From Oopsacas minuta (Eukaryota; Animalia; Porifera): DNA of 7,626 nt. The translations under genes and the position numbers were made by a program. The DNA is taken from positions 1 through 7,626 of the forward strand of contig JAKMXF010000184.1 of the NCBI GenBank assembly GCA_024704765.1. Reading direction: 5' to 3'. Below the pieces are notes generated by a model, which saw only the letters and a program-made list of their open reading frames with translations, did no database searches and had not been told where the DNA came from. How positions within the stretch are numbered: position 1 is the first letter of the stretch; each line of letters begins with the position of its first letter. Of the stretch, positions 1-6,258 are shown piece after piece.

Positions 1-136
1 TGTCAGAAATAGACTTCAAAACACGATATACTGTCCGCTCTGGTATAGCTAGTCGTCTCGATATTTCAGTCGCTTTTGTTATCCCAGCATCAAAGAGTTT
101 CTTTATTCTGATTCTATTCTTTCCCTGAGCCTTCAT
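1..136 (-). pseudogene. N-terminal HTH fragment of family B Tc1 transposase, running off the window edge
   Basis: Minus-strand ATG at 136 reads MKAQGKNRIRIKKLFDAGITKATEISRRLAIPERTVYRVLKSISD, open to position 1. This is a paired-like helix-turn-helix pattern. Coding status beyond the window is unknown. Confidence 0.8.
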
Positions 137-302
137 ACCAAAATTGTGGAGAAATTTTATTAGTGAAAGTCGGAAAATATGGGTCTAAAATGTGTGAACA
201 AAAATAATAAGCACATATTTAACGTCGAAGTTCATTTGGTATAGATAAGGCAGAAAATTAGAATGTCAGTGGATCTATAAATTATATTTCGAGTATATTA
301 TA
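1..302 (+). repeat. Direct repeat of 7223-7523 (offset 7222 bp)
   Basis: Hand alignment gives 6 substitutions (positions 16, 55, 59, 151, 227, 231) and a 1-bp indel (199). Identity stops exactly after TA at 301-302 / 7522-7523. Confidence 0.98.
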
Positions 303-398
303 TGTTGCTATAACTTAGACGTAAATAAGGTTGTTTTAAAATATTTGTAAAGGATAATGAAAATAGTATTTACTGCCAAAATTTCCTAACGCAGTGTA

Positions 399-1552
399 TA
401 ATATACTAGAAATTGATATGGTTAAAGAAGCGATTCCAAACACCCGTACACGTGAAGTTGCCTTGATAGAAGCGAGTAGTTGATTCATCAGGTTGCTAAA
501 GTTGTAGGTGTATCTATCCGTACCATTCGACGCTAGTTGCTGAGGTTCAAGGCCGGTGAGTCTCTACAGAACAGGAAGGGCTGTGGAAGGAAAACGTCCG
601 TCACTATGTACCTAAAGTGGTAATTAAGACAATCGGTAAAAAGATGAAGTCTACACGATATATCTCCAAGAATCTCTAATGTAAGGGGTTTTCTATCTCT
701 CATGACAGTACACTCGTACATACGTAAAATCTCGATGTTCGACCGTACAAACCGCAGGTTCAGCCAAAATTGACAGAAAAACAGAGGACAGCACGACTAA
801 AATACTGCAATGAAAGGAAGGATTGGTCAATTAACAGCTGGAAAAGAGTCATATTCTCAGATGAGTCCTCATTTGAGCTATTATCCCACACTCCGATTAA
901 GCAAAACGACCTTGTATGGGCGAAATCCAGGGTTGATTTCCCTCCCACTGAAAAAGTCAAATATCCTGGAAAAATCATGGTATCGGGTGTGATGTCATCC
1001 CAAGGACTCTCAGACCTCGTATAATCCCCCAAAGACAAACTGTGACATCAGACTAAATACACCTTCAGGATAACTTTGTCAGAGATTGTAGGTCGAATGA
1101 AGCTTGCTCTCTAAGTCCGACGATCCTAGAGAGAAAATTGTTGCCAGATAGGTCTCAAGCAATTTTTCAACAAGATGGAGCCCCGGCACATACTTCCAAA
1201 AGAAGCCTGGAGTGGTTTGAAAAACAATACGGCAGGTTTTTGGACAAAAGAAATATGGCCTCCGAACTCACCAGACTTAAATCCTATCGAAAACCTCTGG
1301 GCTCTTTTACAAACCAAGCTAGATGCAATGGAGCGCGCAACCAACCTAAAGTTTTAGAAAAACAGTTAAATTTGGCCTGGAAGGAAATCTCACCGAAGGC
1401 ACTAGAAAGACTCATAGCTGGGATGCCTGGTCGAATTAGAAAATGTCTAAAACTGCATGGGGATTACATAGGAAAGTAATACCATATCTATTTCGATTAA
1501 ACTAGAGAATAGCAGTGGTTATAAAAAGGGACATCAATTCCTTAACACCCTA
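399..1552 (+). mobile_element. Tc1-like element family A, copy 1 (body and right TIR; left end displaced by B)
   Basis: Contains the degraded transposase at 418-1479. The reverse complement of 1528-1552 (tagggtgttaaggaattgatgtccc) matches 6083-6107 (cagggtgttaagaaattgatgtccc) at 23/25. It is followed by TA at 1553-1554. Confidence 0.92.
418..1479 (+). pseudogene. Tc1/mariner-superfamily DDE transposase pseudogene (family A, DD37E-like)
   Basis: Stitched across frameshifts and stops: MVKEAIPNTRTREVAL..., HTH QVAKVVGVSIRTIRR*LLRFKAGESLQNRKGCGRK, PKLTEKQRTARLKYC, WKRVIFSDESSF (D at 860), IFQQDGAPAH (D at 1174), WPPNSPDLNPIENLW (E at 1289), and C-terminal MPGRIRKCLKLHGDYIGK*. It carries several frameshifts and in-frame stops. 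Confidence 0.95.
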
Positions 1553-1554
1553 TA

Positions 1555-1681
1555 TAGGACCCTAGTACAAGTAAATTAACCGAGTATTTAACTATATTTT
1601 GTTGGTGAAATTATATACTTTGGCACTGAATTTGTAATATCATAATTACAATTACGGGGTTCAGCGCTAGCCCCGCCCTTG
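1555..1681 (+). mobile_element. Probable 3' end of hAT element D (stop codon, 3' UTR, possible degenerate TIR)
   Basis: TAG at 1555-1557 completes the hAT reading frame ...cgc atg cta cTA (6071-6082) once element A is removed. 1673-1681 ccgcccttg matches the expected ccgccactg (complement of the left end at 3656) at only 7/9. No 8-bp TSD is seen. Confidence 0.5.
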
Positions 1682-2190
1682 TTAGTAACAATCAAGCTCA
1701 TATATTTACAAGCAAAAACTATTTTCTTAAAATCATTATTCTATTACATTACGATCTACAAATATATTTCCTTCATCCTGTTTAAGTATATTATATATTG
1801 TGAAATATTTCATCCTTGGATCGGAGAATACTATACTATCCCGGATTGCAAACGCCAATCAAACATGCATACTATGTGGTTATTAATAGTCACTAGTTGC
1901 TCACTATTCTAACTTTCTTAATCGCTACTAATACATTCCCATTACGTCACTTTTTTAGAACCCTTTTCAAAACTAATTTGTCTATTTGTGATTGCCAGTC
2001 AACTTGTCCTAATCAACTCGCACTCAGTGAACTCGTTCTTTGTTCACTCAACATCGACGGGGCTTAAAATCCTCTTATTCACAGCTGCAGGCTCGTGTCT
2101 AACTTGTACAAGAAAACTTTGGGTCTCTTCAACACAAAATACTCAAAACAACATCGTTTGGGTGTATAATATGTACAAGTAGACTAAATA

Positions 2191-2249
2191 CGAAGGGCAC
2201 TCGAAAGGTTTTGACGTTGACCGACATATCAGATAGTAATAATAAAGGT
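2191..2249 (+). mobile_element. Possible mariner/Tc1-type terminus, unpaired
   Basis: TA (2189-2190) followed by cgaagggcactcgaaaggttttgac, which resembles the TA|CGAGGG...TCAAAAAGTT style of mariner termini (recalled pattern). No partner end found in the window. Confidence 0.35.
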
Positions 2250-2341
2250 CAGAGATGGAACCGGTCGGGTCTGACCGGCACCGGTTGACCGGTCGGGTCA
2301 GGTCGGGTCGGGTACCGGTCGAAAATCTCGACCGGCCGGTC
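2250..2341 (+). mobile_element. hAT (Ac-like) terminus with GC-rich subterminal repeats, unpaired
   Basis: cagagatggaaccggtcgg resembles the Ac/Ds terminus TAGGGATGAAAACGGTCGG (recalled). It is followed by 7 CCGG and 4 GGTCGGG motifs in about 80 bp within AT-rich flanks. No right end (ttccatctctg) found. Confidence 0.6.
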
Positions 2342-2570
2342 ATAATTTCTGAATATGGTAAATCTGAATTTGATACTGTTATCATATTTACCAAAAACTT
2401 CAACTTAACAATTCGATTATACTAGACCATAACTAAACAATTTCGTACAGATCTTATAGTAGTTTCGTTACTAAATCTTGCTATTGTCTTTTCTCTATTT
2501 AATGAATATCTATCTCAAATTATCAATAATTATTATAATTCATACTTATTTTATTTATGATCCCTATCGT

Positions 2571-2604
2571 CATACTTGCCAACTGTCCCGTCTTTACGGA
2601 CATG
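2571..2604 (+). mobile_element. hAT (Blackjack-like) non-autonomous element terminus, unpaired
   Basis: catacttgccaactgtcccgtctttacggaca shows the CATACTTGCCAAC/CATACCTCCCAAC plus TGTCCCG...CGGGACA style of hAT MITE ends (recalled). It has a near-perfect internal hairpin tgtcccgt/acggaca. No partner end found. Confidence 0.5.
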
Positions 2605-3053
2605 TGTTGAGGCTAATGTCCCACCGAAACTTGACAAAAACATTGGTAAAATTGCAGAATCTTACACCCCCAACTTTTTTAATGTGGTCAAAAATCCCTA
2701 TATGCACCGTTCAAGAACTCGTTGAGAGAAGTTGATAGAGCTAAAGAAATCCAAAATCGGATTAAAATTGACAAAGTTACGAAAAATTTACTCCCTAAGC
2801 CAAATCCTATGGGGAAAATTGTATTACTCACTATAGTCAAATTGTATTGATTTATACATTACAATTACCATAGGAATGCTCATACTGTTGATATTGCGGT
2901 TATACACGCTTGTTACTCTACTCTTTCATGCTCATTTGTTTGCTATTCAGTGTATTTCACTGCAGGTAATTCTTGTTACTTTAAAGGAAAGCTGGTTATT
3001 ACATAATTCTGTCTGCAACACTAAATATACAATGCAACATTTCATTTCATATT

Positions 3054-3081
3054 NNNNNNNNNNNNNNNNNNNNNNNNNNNN
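3054..3081. other. Assembly gap (28 N)
   Basis: Run of N; true length unknown. Confidence 1.
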
Positions 3082-3319
3082 TTTGAATTACCACATATTT
3101 GATTATCAATAATTATCTAATAATTATTCATAATTAACACCTTCAGAAAGTGTAAATCGAAAATATTTTTTGGAAATTCTTGAAAAAAAATATATGTTAT
3201 TCTATGGAAATTACTAGATTGCAGCTACGAATATAGACTACACAATATATAGGAGCGGGAAAGAGTATACAATTTATGACAATATATTTGTGTGGTCGAA
3301 TACTTTTGTCCCCAGACTG
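3082..3319. mobile_element. Tc1-type element family C, right-hand terminus (inner boundary uncertain, probably in or past the gap)
   Basis: Read from the end inward it is TA|cagtctggggacaaaagtattcgaccacac, with TA at 3320-3321. 3217-3319 is the inverted match of 7524-7626 (4 mismatches in 103 bp). No coding sequence is visible, and extension left of 3217 is assumed. Confidence 0.75.
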
Positions 3320-3332
3320 TATAAGTTAATTG

Positions 3333-3655
3333 CACTATGAATATGTTTAGACAGTTAAAATTAACTGAATTACCTTAATTGAGCCCACAATCACTGTGAA
3401 AAGTCTATATGGTTGAAATTGTGTGAATATGCTTTCTATAGCTCAGAAACACAGTGAATTCGATCAAACAGCTGAAAATGAATGAAATCCCGTATCCCAG
3501 TTCACAAATACTACAATATACTTTTGGACATTTGAAGGTTGTGAATAAACATACTTCATGTCACAATCACTTTGAATAGGCTTAGACAATTGAAATTGAT
3601 TGAATTAACATATTTTAGGTCGTAATTACTGTGAATATGTTTACATAGTTGGAAT
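3333..3655. repeat. Degenerate tandem array, period about 59 bp, about 5.5 units
   Basis: Units start at 3333, 3392, 3450, 3509, 3568 and 3627. Unit 1 vs unit 5 match 33/40 over the first 40 nt, and unit 1 vs unit 6 match 23/29. Recurring columns are YACWRTGAAT, AGTTGAAATT, TGAA and CACAAT. Confidence 0.8.
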
Positions 3656-6082
3656 CAGTGGCGGCACGGGCGGCGGGAAGTCGCAACTAATTCCTCGAAA
3701 GCCAGATTGATAAATTGTAATATCACAAATTGTATGTATTCCAGGTATAAGTCATATGAAACTATATAAGTAAATAACACTTTCAGATTTAATTATGTTC
3801 ATTTGTAAAACTAATCATCCTTGCTAATTATTCATTAGTCAGTGCTCTTTTCCCCCTATCACAAATAATCATGTCTAAGCGTCAGGAACCCATTCACTGC
3901 TTCTTTTCGAAGAGACCTCTTGTGGCTACAGGCTCAAGCGATGCAATCAACTATGTTCAGCTTGTTATAGTAGACGCAAATAGTGTGCCCAATGAAACAT
4001 CAAAGAAAACTAGAGAGGGGCCCACCAAGTAGAGCTGCTTTAGTGCCCAGTAGACACGAAAGAACGCAAGTTTCGGGAAGAATAGTTTAAGGATTCAGTG
4101 TAGCTCTAGTATTCTCAAACAGGTGACTCTGCGTTCTGTTATGCTTGCAGAGATTTTGGCCTGGGCAATGTGAGATCAGCGCGGTATACGTCGGAGTTCA
4201 GCAATTGGAAGAAAGACGTTTAGAAGTTTTCCCAGCACAACTGTTCGGAGATACAAAAGCACGCAGTGACGGCCTGGATGCAGTGGAAACTGGACCACAC
4301 AAGGAATGTCACAGATTGATGAGTGACCAGAATGAAAGCATATATAAGGAGAACAGTCACTACATCGGGGCAGTTGTGGACGTCGTATCGTTATGCTGTA
4401 AGCAAGCTATCGCTCTCCTAGGTCATCGTAAGTCTGATAAGGAGCCTTCTCACGTCAACAAGGGAAAATTCTTGGAGGTCCTAGATCTAGTAGCTCGGCA
4501 TGACCCTATTGTTGATAGGAAGTTGCAAGAGGGACCACAAAACGCGAAATATACGTACAACAGCATCTAGGACAATGTTAGCCATGCTGCCGCCGAATTA
4601 ATCAGGGACCAGATAGCAACTGAACCATCATAGCTGATGAGTCTTGTGATACTGGCCACGAGGAGCTGATGTCACTTGTGTTGAGATACGTTGTGCAGGA
4701 GGATGGGATTCACGGAAAGAACTTCATCAAAGAGTCCTTTCCTGGTTTCGCATCTTGTGGGAGTCTCGCCACTGATGAGTAATGCGAAACTCTGCTAACA
4801 AATTTTCGTGATTGTAAAATTGTTCTTGGCTGTGTCACTCAGTACTTCGATGGTGCAGCTGTGATGAGTGGGCGATGCACTGGAATCCAGACGCGAATCT
4901 GTGAGCTCTGCTACAAAGCCATCCATGTACATTGTTAGGCCCATAGATTTAACTCAGTCATCGTTGATGTTTTGCACAGTCCAGCCAGGGTGGAAGACCT
5001 CTTCACACTGCTGCAGGCGTTCCACAACTTCCTCTCATCACCGATCGTCCACAAACTGTACGTTAAGGCTCAGGGGTCCCACTTTCCTGATTCCCAACCT
5101 CGCGAGATACTCTCTCTCTCAAATATGCGTTGGGTGAGTCCCCATGATGCCTGTGAGACTCTCTCGGCCACTCTTCCAGCAGTTATCGATGTTCTAGAGG
5201 ACCTCATTAAAGTTTCTGGAGAACGCAGCGCTACTGCGCGGAGAATGATAACGCAGCTCAATACCCGCTTCGTGGTCCACTTGTGCATATTTAAGTTCCT
5301 ACCCCAAATTTGTGCCGATGTTAGTGCGAAACTCCAAGGAAAGAGTGAGACCCTAGAGAAGGCTCTACAAGCCATCAAAACAGTCTGTTCATGGCTGGTG
5401 AGGCTTCAGATTCCATGGGCAGAAGAAGTATGAGAGGATATCCACTAGCATGCGGCTGATATTGTACAGGCAGCAGATCTTCCTAAGGACCATGTGCGCC
5501 AGGTTCGCAGTTCATGGTTGTCCTGCTGAGTTGAGGTCCTCTGAAGACTATCGCAGAGAGGTATTTGGGCTCATGTATAACAAGACTTTCGCAGAGTTGC
5601 CGAGGAGATTTCTATCAAAGGAGAATCTGGCTGTCTAAGACCGCCTATCCACATTGACCCCCTAAAGTGAATCGTTTCTCAACATTGACCAGATATGGTC
5701 GATGTTTGACATGTATTGGCGTGGCAAAGAAATGCAACGTCGCGCAGACCGAGATCGACCTACTACGCATTACGTTCGAGAATGGAGGCGACAATCTTCC
5801 CTTGGACTTGATAAGAATGCTCAACTTCATCGAGCCCACAAACGCGTCCTCAGCGTGATGTACAATGTCTTGCGTATCTCTGTCACTATTCCGGTCCCTC
5901 TGCGCAAGCAGAACGGCGCTTTGGTGCGATGAAGAGGATACAGAACTTCCTTCGCTCAACGATGGGTAGCAACCGATTTGTCTGGTATTAGAATCCTAAA
6001 TATCAATGCGCAGATGCTATACGCCTGGGATAGGGAGACTATTATCAATCGTTTCGCAGAGATACCCCACCGCATGCTACTA
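3656..6082 (+). mobile_element. hAT element D (ZMYM1/Tip100-like), left end and transposase, interrupted at the last codon by A
   Basis: Begins cagtggcggcacgggcggcggg (CAGTGGCGG-type hAT end) at an abrupt AT-to-GC transition. It contains the hAT transposase pseudogene and ends at TA 6081-6082 before the A TIR. Confidence 0.85.
3871..6082 (+). pseudogene. hAT transposase pseudogene (TTF-type zinc finger, DUF4371-like domain, hAT C-terminal dimerization domain)
   Basis: MSKRQEPIHCFFSK start; zinc-finger-like RKFREE*FKDSV*L*YSQTGDSAFCYACRDF; FSNWKK; ALLGHR...NKGKFLEVLDLVARHD...NAKYT; IADESCD (D at 4636); QYFDGAAVMSG (D at 4849); HC*AH (CxxH motif); NMRW; TIPV.SAQAERRFGAMKRIQNFLRSTMG (E at 5911); IINRFAEIPHRMLL. 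It has many stops and frameshifts. Confidence 0.95.
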
Positions 6083-6258
6083 CAGGGTGTTAAGAAATTG
6101 ATGTCCCCTTTTGGAAATGAAATAGAAACACAATTTCACTTGATGAATCATGTTTTAACTCTATAACCATACTCAAAATCACTTTAACTATTAGATTTTA
6201 GTTAATTTCTAAAATTCTTTCTACTCAAAATACACTATTATTCAAATTTTCCTATCTA
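6083..6258 (+). mobile_element. Family A left end (TIR and leader), copy 2
   Basis: TA|cagggtgttaagaaattgatgtccc (6083-6107) pairs with the right TIR at 1528-1552. It ends at TA 6257-6258, where B begins. Confidence 0.9.

Larger units (their letters stand above)
1..396 (-). mobile_element. Tc1-like element family B, copy 1 (terminal part: transposase 5' end, leader and TIR)
   Basis: 1-302 is 97.7% identical to 7223-7523, which belongs to the Tc1 transposase pseudogene at 6325-7358. The reverse complement of 369-396 (cactgcgttaggaaattttggcagtaaa) matches 6259-6286 (cattgcgttcggaattattggcagtgaa) at 23/28. It is followed by TA at 397-398, the Tc1/mariner target dinucleotide. Confidence 0.92.

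Noticed and set aside
292-407. 11-bp inverted repeat agtatattata (292-302) / tataatatact (397-407)
   Set aside because: It is low-complexity AT sequence and its two arms lie in different elements; probably chance.
2026-2048. 7-bp stem agtgaac/gttcact
   Set aside because: Too short to exceed chance, with no associated gene or terminator context.
2826-2836. actcactatag, an 11-bp match to the T7 promoter
   Set aside because: The flanking TAATACG and GG are missing and no other vector sequence is present; this is likely chance in AT-rich DNA.
1679-3112. Short ORFs 1679-1912, 1988-2182, 2143-2403, 2478-2735 and 2876-3112
   Set aside because: They have non-ATG starts or AT-driven I/L/F/Y-rich composition, cross repeat boundaries or the N gap, and show no recognisable domains.
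3334-3610. Protein-repeat reading of the array (T.N..(R/K)QLK(L/M).E(L/I) in units 1, 3 and 5)
   Set aside because: The 59-bp period breaks frame, units 1-2 contain four stops in that frame, and no splice signals restore it. The similarity follows from the DNA repeat itself.
3333-3655. CRISPR-like reading of the array (about 30-bp conserved half ending ...TTGAAATT plus about 29-bp variable half)
   Set aside because: The conserved halves are far from identical, and the variable halves still share columns (TGAA, CACAAT). There are no cas genes, and the context is eukaryotic transposons.
4033-4938. Many TAG/TAA stops at expected Trp or Gln positions, suggesting fungal RIP or an alternative genetic code
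   Set aside because: Stops replace several different residues, some needing transversions (e.g. HC*AH), and frameshifts are also present. Recent differences between the B copies are at CpG, not CpA. Ordinary pseudogene decay is sufficient.
5070-5959. Minus-strand ORFs 5070-5378 and 5645-5959
   Set aside because: These are antisense shadows of the GC-rich hAT coding region with no recognisable motifs.
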